Assembly: GCA_028534125.1 (NCBI GenBank)
Contig: CM052818.1
Coordinates: 43,278,001 to 43,342,000, forward strand
Length of the DNA stretch: 64,000 bases
Direction: 5' to 3'
From: Lama glama
Lineage: Eukaryota
Part shown: in pieces, positions 26,470 to 39,141 of the stretch
Position numbering within the stretch: the first letter of the stretch is position 1
Layout: every line of letters begins with the position of its first letter
Made by a program: the position numbers and the translations under genes
Notes under the pieces: generated by a model
The model's input: the letters and a program-made list of their open reading frames with translations, nothing else
Told to the model about the DNA's origin: nothing
Database searches by the model: none

Positions 26470-26720
26470 GGGCACAGGATATGAATAGATCCTAGAGCAG
26501 ATTGCTTCCCTAGAATTCCAGTATTTCCTCTTAATAGATAACTTGACAAATACTAGATGTCTCCATGTTTCTTTGACTTGACCTCTGCATTTATTTAAAT
26601 GAAATTATGTAAGTGGCTATAATGTAGGATATTTTTGGTAGGTAAAATGATTTAATGCACATGAAGTACATAAAACTCTGTCCGGCACATGGTAATGGCT
26701 AAATAAATGTTAGGTATAAT
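26470..26720 (+). mobile_element. MIR SINE
   Basis: gatttaatgcacatgaagtacataaaactctgtccggcacatggtaatggctaaataaatgttag. Confidence 0.6.
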
Positions 26721-27534
26721 TTAGCAAAAAGTGTGATAATACAGGATTCATTTATGGGAAGATTACTGTCCAATCCTTTGATATTGGTCATTTAAAAATG
26801 ATTCACATTGTAAAATATTTTGAGACTTTTTTCAAATTGATGTAATGTATGAGAAAGGGAAACAGATAATGGAAGATGCAGTAAAGATGATACACTGTTA
26901 TTATTTTGAGTATCTGACTGAAACAAAATATTATTATTAGCAGTAGTAGTGGTGTGACTTTTATCTATTACAAATCTCTATCATTTGCCTAAAGAAGTCC
27001 TTTTTCATTTGAATGTATAATTATATGGATAGCATCCAAACAATTCTCTTAGCAAAACGGTTTATTTCTGTGACCCTTTTAGCTTCAGAAATACCTATGG
27101 AACTATACTATGTAGGGAGATGTTCTGCAGGTCTTTAAATATGAGGAATATCCTCATTCAACCTTTTCACAATATCTCTGTGTCTATTAATTTCTTTCAA
27201 AATTCATGTTTCAGTTTACAATGCCAAAGAAGCTTCACTTACTACCAGCAGGCTTATTGTTATACATTCTGTAATAATCTTCTGATTCATATTCATTTTT
27301 ATAAGATGATATACTGCTCAGTAATACATTTTAATATTTGGACTTACGTGTGACTTTGAGATGTTGATAGCAATGACTTTTACTAAAAGTTAGGTAATTT
27401 GCATTAAGCCAAGGTACAGAATAAATATTTTTTCCTCTTACTTTTTAGATTCTAAGTCTTGAATATTCCATACTACTTCAACAATTTTAAACATTTAGAA
27501 GAAAAAATACTTTTACAAGCATGAAAAAATAATG

Positions 27535-27900
27535 TATGTTGGGTATACGCGTGTGTGTGTGTAAACACACACATATATACATACAAATACGTACCTAAAA
27601 ACATTTATGTGAATATACATTTTTGTGTGTCTCTATATATTTATATATGAAACACGTATATGTGTCTGTGTGTATATACATACATATTTATATGTAAAAC
27701 ATACTTCAGAAAGTTACACAAATATTGAGCATGTGGCTCGATGAATTTTCACAAAGTGAGTATATCTTACAAAAATCACCCAGATCAAGAAACAGAACCT
27801 TACTAGTAATGTGCCAGCACCCACTCAAGCTCCCTTCTAGTTACTAACCTTCAAGGGTAACTGCAATTGTAACTTCAAATATCATAGATTAATTTTAGTT
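27535..27900 (-). mobile_element. (TA/CA)-rich low-complexity tract (to ~27705) followed by L1ME-like 3' end, antisense
   Basis: gctcgatgaattttcacaaagtgag...cacccagatcaagaaacagaac is the typical antisense L1ME 3' terminus. Confidence 0.65.
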
Positions 27901-28758
27901 CTTCTCAGTAATTTTCTTTCTTTTTTTTTTTCTTTCCACTCCATGAAGCATCAGAATTTACATACAGCCGTATTGGAGTAGGGGCCTGTACACCCCTCAG
28001 CTCTCCAGCTGTGCCTCTCCGGTCCTTTAAGATCCCAGTAGCTCTGCTGGTTTCTGGATCCCCAGCAGTACTTTCCAGATGTGTAGCTGCCAGCCCTGCA
28101 CCCAGAATCAGCAAGTGCCTTCTGAGAAATGCTGCAGCAGAAAGCTGGGTGACCTCCTCACCACCCTCGCCTCATGTGCACCATTCCCCCTCTCTTCTAG
28201 CCATTTCTTCAGCAGGTGTCTGATGCCAGCAACAGCTGATGAATTGCTTTATCTGGCTGATTTGGTTATTCTTGATGGGATCATTGTTCCCCTACAAGAT
28301 ACTCTATCTCACTCAGAAACAAAAAACTAGAATAAAATATACAAAATATAATTTTGAGACCTACACTCTACTTCATGGGATGAACATTTATTTACAGTTA
28401 TGGTCAGAACCAGCAATAATAATGAAGACAGAACTAATTTAAAGGATAATTGATTAGTTCAGCTTTGTCTGAAATAATTAACTGAAACATTAAGATAGGC
28501 AAAGGAAGGTTATTAAGTAAAATATTGATCATGCTGGATTCTTGTTTAGATATAAAGCAAAATTCTCTTTATTCCATGGCAAATAAAATATGAATATAAC
28601 GTAGTGTGCTAATAAATCTTTCTGCTCAGGTATTTCTCTTTGGGGTTGACACAGCACTCCCTGAAATTATGGTAGCTATCAGACATAATTTTAGTTTCAC
28701 CCACTTCTATCAGAGCTTTAGCAGAGTTGTATTTAGTTTAATAATTCAAAACTTTAAA

Positions 28759-29662
28759 AATGAGATTCCAACTCACACCTGTTAGAATGGCCATTATCAA
28801 AAAGATAAGAAATAACAAGTGTTAGTGAGGATGTGGAGAGAAGGGAACCCTTGTGGATTATTGGTGGAAATGTAAATCTGTGCAGCCACCATGGAAAACA
28901 GTATAGAGTTTCTTAAAAAAATTGAAAATAAAACTACCATATCTATAACCCAGAAATCTTACTTCTGGGTATTTAGCCAAAGAAAATGAAAACACTAACT
29001 CAAAAAGATACATGCACCCCCATGTTCACTGCAGCATTATTTACAACAGCCAAGATATGGAAACAATCTAACTGTCCATTGATGGATGAATGGATAAATA
29101 AAATATGGTAGGTATGTATATATTATTCAGCCATAAAAAGTGAAATCTTGCCATTTGCTAGAACATGGTTGGACCTCGAGGGAATTATGCTAAGTGAAAT
29201 AAGTCAGAGAGAAGAAAGATAAATACCATATGATCTTGGCTATATATGGAATCTAAAAGAAACAAACACAAAAAGCTCATTAATACAGAGAACAAATTGT
29301 TGGTTGCCAGAAGAAGGGTGGGTGGTGAGTCAAATAGGTATAGTGTGTTAAAAGATACAAACTTCCAGTTATAAAATAAGTAAGTCATGGGGATATAATG
29401 TATATCATGGCAATTATAGTTAGTAATATTCTATTCAATATTTGAAAGTTGCTAAGAGAATAAATCTTAAAAGTTTCTGTATCACAAGAATAAAATTTCT
29501 GTAACTGTGTATGATGGGGGATGTTAACTAGATTTACTGTGGTGATCATTTTGTAATATATACAAATATCAAATTATTATTGATATTTGTACACCTGAAA
29601 CTAATATAATGCTGTATGTCAATTGTACCTTCACAAAATTAAAAAAAAGGAAAAAATAAAAT
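28759..29662 (+). mobile_element. LINE-1 3' end (L1MA9-like), 5'-truncated, with A-rich tail
   Basis: ctcacacctgttagaatggccattatcaaaaag...tacaaacttccagttataaaataagtaagtcatgggga...acacctgaaactaatataat, then A-rich tail. Confidence 0.93.
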
Positions 29663-29801
29663 TCAATAAATAAAGGCAGGGAAGGAAAGAAGTTCTTCAG
29701 TAAACTCACATTACAGCATGCTATTATCAGAACCTGCTAATTATTAGATAGAGCCATAAAAATTAGACTAAGTGTTCCAGACCAGAAAAGAACATTTATG
29801 A

Positions 29802-30701
29802 TGTACTGGTTAGGGGATTATTGTCTCTCAGTTTCAATCACATCTGTTTTACTTGTTACATAACGATTGCTCTAGGTCTTTTAAATATGTTTTTCTTTGC
29901 AAGCGGGCTGGATCTCTGGATCTATCAACAGAGAGCACTGGAGAAACACTGCAGGAGGGGAGGGTTTAGCTTAGTGTTCTGGTGTGGCATTGGTAGGCGT
30001 CCGAGGTACACGTGGCTCCAGCGCCTGGCTCCTGCACAGGAGCAGCTTCCCCAGCACCTGGCTCCTGCAGCACGTGGCTTCCCTATGCCCAGCGCCTGCA
30101 GCCTGGACAGCTCCTCCAGCACCTGACTTTGGGAGCATGTGCAGTTTCTCCAGAGCTCAGCACCTGCAGGGCACAGTGACCTGCAGCACGTAGTGGCCAG
30201 AAGGGTTTCCCCGAAGCCCACGACCAACCATCCAGGTTTACTTAGGACTGAGGCGATGCATGGGATATGGGAATATCTGTTTCAAAACTGCGGTGTTCTC
30301 TAGAAAACCGTAACAAGTTTGGTCACCCTATGGGCAACTCCTCTGCCCGAGGTGGTTTAGTAGCCTCTGGTAAGTCACTTCCCCATGGAATTTTCCCTGG
30401 AACCCTAGAAGGCATACTCAAGTTCACCTAGCATGGCAGTTCAGTGACTTCCCTGCCATCCAGGGGACCATAGCTGTGACCTCCAGCAAGGTCTGGATAT
30501 CAGACTTAGGGGTTGGGGTCACACCATCTCAGCCCAAGGTGCAGCAGTTGCTCCTTGTATCTGCTGTTCCCATATAGTTTAGAGTTATCCTTACGTATTA
30601 TGAGCCAATACATTGTTATAGTCAATAATTTTTTATGTGAAATCTTTCCCATTTAAATTTCTGTGTGGTTTCTGTTTCCTATTTGTACCTTAAATGATAT
30701 A
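29802..30701 (+). mobile_element. ERVL-class solo LTR (LTR41/LTR33-group-like)
   Basis: Starts TGTACTGGTT...tctctcagttt and ends ...gtgtggtttctgtttcct...tgatata. Internal CAGCACCTGGCTCC-type repeats at ~30010-30190. Flanked by TATGA/TACAA, a degenerate 5-bp TSD. Confidence 0.75.
30222..30330. mobile_element. MER81-like hAT-Blackjack MITE nested in the LTR
   Basis: gaccaaccatccaggtttacttaggactgag...aaaaccgtaacaagtttggtcacccta matches MER81 with its tagggtgacca TIR. Confidence 0.75.
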
Positions 30702-31934
30702 TACAATATATTCATTTTTTAATGAGCACTTAGAACATTTTCTGGCACATAGGAGGTGCCAAATACATATATGTTAATATATTAACATATATATATATAT
30801 ATATATATAGGTATGAAAAGTTTACCAATACGTCTCTTACTGAATTGGACAATTTAAGACTATTGACCACAAGCAAAAATCATAATCCCAATCCACAGCT
30901 GTTTTTGTGGAGCAAATCAGATAGTAACATAACACTTGCCTAGCAATGTGTCTGTCTTAATATACATTTTAAAACATACTAGCTGGATCAGATTCAGTTG
31001 GAATCCTGGGTGTTATTAGGTCCAGGAAATTTATTTTACAGACTGATCTTTACAAACTGATATTCTCGATGACAAAGTTTTGGGATTTCTGGGGGATTTT
31101 GGTCTATGGTGACAACAGGAAAGAGTAACAAGAATGAAGATGAGTTGAGGGAAAGCCATACGTATCACAAAGAGTATACACCACATCACTCTAGGTATGC
31201 TGAAAGTACCACATGTATGATTGCTAAAATAAAGAGCATAAGAATAATTATAATATAATAATGATGTTGCCAACAAAAGAGTTTAAGGATAATGAAATTG
31301 CTCATAATAAATGCTGACATTTTCAATGCTAGCTTTCCTAGATGAAAATATGGGTTAAGTCATTGGCAAATAATGATAATAGACTTTACATTTTTATAAC
31401 TCCTCATATCACAAAAGCTACATGCACTGTGCCATAGAAAGACCAAGGCATGACATTTTGAGGTGAGCTTTTTGAAGGAAGAGTGATTTTTCAATTAGAA
31501 AAGAGAAGAGCTGTCAAAGGTCAGGACACACAATAAGCAAAGCTAGGCATAAAACTGTGAAAACTAATGTCATTTGGGGAAAATGTTACTCAGTTTTATA
31601 GCACCATATTTGTCCAACAACTACTTAATGAATTTTTTCTATGAGCTTCTATAATTGGGTAGGTCGCATCAGATGATTTTGTAGTCAGCTTATAGTTAAG
31701 AAAGGAAGAATAAAATTGGCCAACCCTCCTCAAAACTGAGGTGTCTGCCTATATCTGACTACATATTTTAACAATCATTTTTGTTTTTCTTTAATCACTG
31801 CATCCCATGTAAAAAATGCTATTTTGCTAGTGGATGTTACCAAAGATGTTTTTCTTACTAATGAGATAGTTTTTTGAGTCAGTTCTCAAAATAGGAGCAT
31901 GATGAATATATATTCCACTAGTTTTCATGTCACT

Positions 31935-32250
31935 ACCATTCAGTCCAAAATAATTTCTAATTTATAATTTTAGTTTTTCCTTGACCAATGGATTATTGAG
32001 AAGTTTACTGCTTTATTTCAAAGCAGTTAGATATTTTCTAGTTATCTTTTTATTATTGATTTCTAGATTGTTTATATATATATTGTATATTTTCTATCCC
32101 TTAAGATAATCTAAGTCTTTCCTTTATAGCCCAATGTATGGTCAATTTTGGTAAAGTGTTCCATGAACACCTTAAAATAATGTGCATTGTATATTTGTTG
32201 GGTATAGTGTTTAACATGTGCCAATTAAGATACATGTGACTTTTTTTTAA
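31935..32250 (-). mobile_element. Old L1 ORF2 (endonuclease-proximal) fragment, antisense
   Basis: tatagcccaatgtatggtcaattttggtaaagtgttccatgaacaccttaaaataatgtgcattg. Confidence 0.75.
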
Positions 32251-32979
32251 ATTGGATATTCTATAACTGAAAAAGATACGTCTAGAGGTTTTTTGCACAC
32301 CATCTTTCATTTGTTCTTATTGCCTTGGTAGCAACTTGTTAACTTATTACCTATATTCAAACTGTTTTTTAAAAATACCTAGCATTATTTCAGTTTTCAG
32401 TCTAGCACTTGACAGATATGACAGAGAAACATTTCTATCCATGTTCATGAGCAGAGGTAAACTGAATGGATGTGGTCAGGACAGAGAGAGATTCATGCTA
32501 CATGCTCTTTTTATAATTTTAAGTATATTGTTTCCTTAAATACAAATAAAGTAAAAATCAGAATATAGTAAACATAAATTACAATAGGTATGCTAAACAA
32601 AATCACCTTGTTAAAGTAATAAAATGAGGTAAGAAAGAATAGGTTTCTGGTAATTTGAATTATTACATTTTATCATCATGTCTAATAAAATGGTTAACTT
32701 TGCTTTTAATGAATAAAGTAAGATGAGAGAAAAATACTGATAGAAATATTTATGTTTAATGGCATTACAGATAATAATTACACAGGTTGCTGACATTGTA
32801 TAAATGTAATAATCCTGGTCAATTTGTAGTTGACTGTTACACTGTAAGTGGTACTGTGACGTTTTCATGTGATTGTTCACGAACTACCTATTTACCTTGT
32901 GACTGGCCTGAGCATATACACATTAATGTAAAATCAAAAATCAATATTTGCTTTTCAAATCATTTAATATATTATTAGG

Positions 32980-33498
32980 GATAAAACTGTATGATGTCTC
33001 TATTTTAAAACATTTCAGAAACTAAAAATAGATATAGCAAAGATAAAAAATGTTAACAATTAATAGATACAATTGGCCCTCTCTATCCAAGGGCTTTGCA
33101 TCCACAGTTTCAACCAACTTCAGATCAAAACAAACAAACAAACAAAAATCTAGGAATGTCCAAAAAGCAAATACCGAATTTGCTACATTCCAGAAGACAA
33201 TTGTATTATTTATACAGCATTTGCATTGTATTTACAACTACTTACATGGCATTTACATTGTATTAGCTATGATAAGTAGTCTAGAGATTTTTAATATATG
33301 GGAGGATATGTGTAGGTTATGTGTTTTACACTATAAAGGACTTGAGCATCTGTGGATTTTGGCATTTGTGAGGGTCCTGGAACCAATCCCTACAGATACT
33401 GACGGACAACTCTATAAGTAACAAGCACATGAGTGTTTGTAATACTGGTCCATTTTTCCTATATGTTTAACATTTTTTATAAGGTAAAAAAAAAAAAG
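32980..33498 (+). mobile_element. Old L1 3' end, interrupted by a MER2 insertion
   Basis: gcaaagataaaaaatgttaacaatt..[insertion]..gcacatgagtgtttgtaatactggtcc, then polyA at 33486-33498. Confidence 0.5.
33070..33412. mobile_element. MER2-like TcMar-Tigger MITE
   Basis: TA|caattggccctctctatcc...gtcctggaaccaatccctacagatactgacggacaactc|TA: TIRs with TA target duplication. Confidence 0.9.
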
Positions 33499-33979
33499 AC
33501 TTAATGAGTTGTGTTTTTAAAGGCACCTACCACAGTTATCACAGAGGTTTTCATACAATTTCACATTAGGTTAAAAAAAAAGTTGAAAATGATTCAGGTA
33601 ATGATTCAGATTCTTCAAGTGATGAGGAAAGCGATTATCATTTCTCTTAGGATTCTGAAAACAAAGGCGATATGAACTAAAAACTTGTATTCAGATTTTA
33701 AAAAATTCTTATTTTTTGAGTATTTTCTTATTCACTTATTACTGCAAATATTTTTCTCCTTGTAATTCAGTTTATCTGATCAGAAATGAGACGGCACTTC
33801 ATCCCAGAAGTTTCAGCTACTCATATGAGCTGACATTTATCTGTGATTTTTATGAGACAAGCACTACTCAGGTATACTACAGGTATCAAGGTGCTCAGTA
33901 TTTAGAGCTAGTCTTAAGAAATGTTACTGACCTTCCAAAGTCGGTTCCCAAGGAGGGTCCTTCTATCTGGTGTCCTTGG

Positions 33980-34345
33980 AGCCAATAGAAGGAGCCCAAA
34001 TTTGGTTCGGAAGCAAAGAAAAGCTTTAGTCTTCGCTCACTGCACAGAGAGGTGCGAGTTCCCGCCAAGAGCGCAGGCTCCTCCCGGCAAGCTGTGCGCG
34101 GGGCTGCTTTAGAAGGTCCGGTAGGGGAGGGGGAGGAGGGCGGAGTTCTCGCGAGTCCAGCGAGGTCCCGGATCCCAGCGCTGGGCGCAGCCTCCCTGCG
34201 CACGGCTGGCCGCCGCCATCTTCAGTCGCTTCTGTGCACCGCCCGCCGACGTGAGGTGTCGGAGCCGCAGCCTTTTCGCTTGAGGAACTGTGGTTTGAGG
34301 ACCGGGCGCGAGGCCTCTCTCTGCACGCAGCGCCCGGTGAGCAAA
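33980..34345. promoter_or_regulatory. CpG island, probable bidirectional Pol II promoter
   Basis: About 30 CpGs in ~320 bp by hand count, in otherwise CpG-depleted DNA. CCAAT 33982-86, E2F-type TTCCCGCCAA 34059-68, GC box GGGCGG 34138-43, TCTCGCGAG 34147-55, YY1 GCCGCCATCTT 34212-22. Donors CCG|GTGAGC (+, intron from 34337) and GCA|GTGAGC (-, intron from 34040). Confidence 0.85.
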
Positions 34346-36771
34346 TGAAACTAGACTGAGCACAAAGGGGAAAAGAAGGTTAGACTTTATTACCCAGATT
34401 CTATTTTTATCTCTTGGGGATTGTTCTTGGACTTTGTCAGTGACAAAAAGAGTGTCATTATCTCCATCTTAGATGACAGAAATGAGGGTGGGTGAATTTA
34501 ACTAAATTCTTGGACACCATGTGCGTTTTACGGGCAGAGCAACTTAACCTGCTTCACTGCCACAGGCAGTTAATGAAATGTTACTCCCGGATGCAAATCC
34601 TTGCTAATGGTGTGAAAAAACTGAGAGTTCCAAATTTCTAAATTAAAGAAAGAAATCTTAGTCTAATTTTTATTGTAGTTTGATGTAATTTTTGTATTCA
34701 AGGACTAAAATTCTCATTTATGAAATGCAAAAATGAATATATTAATTTTTGCTACCAAAATGGCAGTGAAATTTGTAAAGGAAGGATTTTTTTCAAATAA
34801 AATTTTAGTTGAAACCCAGTTTCCAAGCCGTCATTAAATATTAGAGCAGGGAAAAGGCACTAAATAGAAATGTTTTCCTTAACTGTACGTGAATTTACAA
34901 AGTACTTCGTTTTGAATAATAGCTAATTCCACTAGAATTCTACTTTAATTGTAGCTGTACTGGTAGATGCCATCACTATAAAATTTGTTTCAATTAACCA
35001 TTTAGTGAAAAGTATATAGTTAATTTGTATTTAGTTTCAGTTCTCCTCAGTTGATATTTTATTGCCTTAAAAGCCTTGTTAAAGAAACTCATAGATCAGA
35101 GATTGCAAATTCATAGGCTGAGGGCTGAATCTGGCCAGCAAATATATTTGGCCTGCAGTTTTTAATTCTTGTTTGTGTTTCATTAATGTTAATGTATTTT
35201 ATTAAATATTTCAGAAAATTTGATTTGCAATGACTAAAGGAAGTTAGATCCCAGATACCATTTAAGAAATAGGTAATTTAGATTAAAGGTGTTTGAGCTT
35301 CTTTAATTGTAAACCAGGAGATGTATCATATTGATTAATTAAAATATTATTATAAATATTTTACATTGATATATTATGTAAATATGTACATGTTTCAGAA
35401 TTTCTGGAGTAACCACTAAAATATTAGATATCAATTTATAATTTTCTAACTGGTAGAGAAAAATTTAAGAAAATCCTAAAAGATTGAAAGTCAATGGATG
35501 CAAAAGATAGAGAGCCAAGAGTTAAGCAAATATTAAATCATCAAGTCATTCTTTAGTTGAACATGCCTTACTTCGGGGGAAGGGTAATAGCATTGACTTC
35601 ATTAAATCCATTTGCAGAGTTTATTCATTTTTGGAAATTATTGAAGATAGTCCTAGTAGTGCAGAAAGTTATTTGTCTTTGAAATTTCATGCTTTAGTTA
35701 AAATTTTCTCTTTAGCTTGGTAATTATGCATGCACACAATTATTGCTCCGAGTCTGCTCAGGGCAGTCTGTCTCTTTTTGTATATTCTAAGCATTTATTA
35801 CATAGCAGAAGATAGATATTCTTTCAGACTTCCTTTTCCTTAAAATCGTGACTGAAATATACATGTATTTCATAGGGTCATTCACTTCTGATATTCAACC
35901 CAGTTTTCTCTTTTATAGCTCTCCTTTTATTTTGAGGATAGACACCTTGATATTGCTTGCTTTCAACCCGCATTAACACAAGGTCAGATAAAATGCACAA
36001 GCCAGCATTTAGTGCCTTGAATCCACAGTAACATCTAACAGGAATCCATCACCTAAAGCCTGAGAGAGTGACAGAATTTATTATCACTCTTTCTCAAACT
36101 CCAGCTTTATTTATTTTGTGAGCCGTCTAAAGAAAATAGCACAGTTAATGGGTAATTCAGTGAAGAATCACTTTTCAATTATGTAGGAAACAATTTGTTA
36201 GTGTCAGAATGTGGAAGCAGTGGAAGTGCAGCCTGTTTTAAACAATCATTTTTAAAATTTAGATGACATGAGAAATTATTATGGTTGCCGGTTTAAAATG
36301 TTTTAGCTTACCATATTCACAGTGAGGTTGCCCTGCTTAAAGCAGCCAGAGTTTCTGGGTGCATGTAACACTATAGTCATAAGGAAACGTGTACTAGGCA
36401 CTACACTCATGACACTAATGTAGGTACTTGGCATACATTGTATCTTCATTTTGAAGAGTTGGTTTTCACAATTGCATCCATGTTTATATATATAGAAACT
36501 GCGAAACTAAATCCATGCATTTTCAGTCTTGAAGAACCCAAGATGGACGGAGCCAGATACAAGAAAAGTTTTATGTGACTTATACCATATACCAACCGGA
36601 GTAAATCAGTCTGGGTCTCTTATCTCCAATGAAGCTGCAACTTAACTGAGAAGAGGAGGTGGGAAATAGGAAGCATTACCTAGCATAGCAGATACAGACA
36701 AAATCAGGAAACCTTTAAAAAGAAAAAGGTATCTTGAACTGGTGGGTGCACAGGTGAACACATATGAATGT

Positions 36772-36980
36772 GGTACATTTGTTTTCTATAGCTTCCATGA
36801 CAAGTCTCCACAAATTTAGTGGTTTAAACAACACAACTTTTTTTATTTGACAGTTCGGTAGGTTTAATTGAATATAGGGCTCACCAGGTTAAAAGCGAGG
36901 TGTTGGCAGAGCTGCTGTCTTATTGGAGGCTCTGGAGAATAATTTGCTTCCAAGATCGTTCAGATTGTTGACATTTGTAG
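36772..36980 (-). mobile_element. MaLR MLT1 LTR fragment
   Basis: ccacaaatttagtggtttaaacaacacaact...aaagcgaggtgttggcagagctg...ggaggctctggagaataatttgcttccaag. Confidence 0.8.
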
Positions 36981-37589
36981 GGTTTTGCTCCAGTGTGTTC
37001 TAGGGAGAGGCAGGGTTCCCACATTCTCCCTCGCTTCTCATCCCCCTTCAGCAGTAAAGGAGCCTGAGGCTTACAAGGGATGTTCTAGGTCCTTACTGTT
37101 GAATCTCTTCTTTTTTTTCCATTTCTCCAAGATTTGAACCTTCTGTGCTTATGTCCCCAGTTGCCATCAATTTAATCCAGGACTGCATTACCTTTGACTT
37201 GGTTCACTTCATGGTGATCTTTAGGTTTGTTTGTAAAAACTGTACCACTTCTTCCAAAATAGAATGGCAAATAATTTCACAGTATAGGGAAGGGTCACTA
37301 TATTTTCTAATACTTCTCCTTTACAGAAGACTAAATATCTCCCAACCCTAACGAAACAAGATTATCTTATTTTCTTTAATGAGATTACTTGTCCATCAAA
37401 TGAGAATATTTTTATTTTGAATTTTTCATTCGGAATTTTATGTTGTACCACTTACATTTCAATTATAGTTTTCATATGCCAAGTAGAAATGGATATTCTG
37501 ATATTTAATATGATTTTCCAGAATGACTCACCAGGAACTCTTCTGTACCCACCTCTTACTGAAAATGATACATGCATATGGGAGTTACA

Positions 37590-37790
37590 GGTCACAGACC
37601 AGGGTCAGGGATTTGATTCTTGCTTAATTTATTTACTAGATTGTTATGATTGGGTTATATAACATCACTGACCTTACATTTCTCATCTGTGAAGTGAGAA
37701 TGATACACTCAGTCAAGTGTATAACCATGTGGATTAAATAAAATCATGTATATCTGTAAAAGCATCTGGCGCAAAACACTTTCTCACAGT
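37590..37790 (+). mobile_element. MIR SINE
   Basis: tttctcatctgtgaagtgagaatgata...ggattaaataaaatcatgtat. Confidence 0.65.
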
Positions 37791-38368
37791 GTTGATTCTC
37801 TCTCCCAGTGCTTACGTTTTAATTGTGTATGTGTTTTTATAGGAAGCTCTGTTGTTGAGTTAAAATGATTAAGTGAAAGAGATGCCTAGATTCTAATTCA
37901 CTGAGAATGTGTTAATAATAAATGAAGTTTTGAAAACAATAGTGTAAAGAAAATATTAGGGTACATTTCAGAATCCTCCTGCAATTCCCCATGTTGCCAT
38001 TACAATTAGATATGTTCCCAGAATGCAGTTGTAAATTTTGTAAATGACTTGTGAATGTCAGCTAATCTTGTTTTAATTAGAGCCAATAGACTGATGTGAG
38101 GGCAAGTTTCAAACCTTTATGTCGAATTCTTTCAAGTGTAAAGTGCAGTGAAAAAAATTACTTTTTTTAAGTGAGAAAGGAGACCACTGGTATAATGAAT
38201 CATCAGTCTCATGGGAGGAAAGACATTTCTTCTTTGAAGCACAAGAAAAATAAATATTTTAAACAGGAAACAACTTTCCTTTGAGAAAGTGTGAAAGTCA
38301 AATTCCAAATGTAAAAGCATAAAGCACAGATAACGATCATCATACTAATCATAACAGGTAAAATGCAG

Positions 38369-38893
38369 TGAGGATGTTCTGTGATCTAGGTAATGACCAA
38401 GATGGTCTTGCTCTTCCCCTAAGCTTGACTAAACTGTAGACAGGGAAAACGTAGAACTGTAAATTCTGTTTCTACCCCTTTGAGATGTAAACCTTTTAAA
38501 AAGCCTCTTGTCAGATTCCCAACCCAAGACCATCTTTCTCAAGAACTGGGAGCCATCGCCTTGAAATGTGATCATCAAGGAAGTTAGTGTCCTTGTCTTG
38601 CAGCTTCTGTGGGGAGTTAGTTGCTGAACTTTAGTTGGCACCTTGCTTCCAGTTCTAAAACAATCTCCTGTTAGGAAGCTAGTAGAAAGTTCGCTTTCCC
38701 TTTGAGAAATACCAATTAGCAAACAAAGATGGCTTATGAATCCCCCAAGTCCAGCTCTTAAAGCTCCCCCACCCTTTGTTTCAGAGGATTTGCGCTCAGG
38801 CTGAATTCTGTCCTGTTTCTCCTATTACAATAAGCCTTGAGTGGAGTCTTCCTTACCTGTTTAACTGTGTCCTATGCAATTTTTACTTTGAAA
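38369..38893 (+). mobile_element. ERV1-class solo LTR (MER34/MER4-group-like)
   Basis: ccctttgagatgtaa...tctttctcaagaactgggagccatc..ttgaaatgtgatcatcaagg...ccaattagcaaaca...cctgtttaactgtgtcctatgcaatttttactttga. Confidence 0.75.
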
Positions 38894-39141
38894 ATATCTA
38901 TATGTGGTAATTTCCTTATGGAGCATATAATCACCTTTACCTTTCAACAATTTGATTATAATGATAATAATAAATATACCTGGCTTAGTCAGCATTATAT
39001 CTGGGAAGCAGTTGGACACTGATCACCAGAATGCTGGATTGTACAATTGGGTTGTGCCATGTGATCTATCAAGGTGGCCTTAACATTCTAAGGGGTCCTT
39101 AGCTTCAATATTTTCTGAGGATAAAAAAATGTGTATGTTTA

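Noticed and set aside
30010..30190. Novel GC-rich coding minisatellite
   Set aside because: It lies inside an ERVL-type LTR and is best explained as LTR-internal repeats.
33618..33659. C/D box snoRNA (GTGATGA...CTGA)
   Set aside because: Boxes are only ~40 nt apart, there is no terminal stem, and no recognisable rRNA guide.
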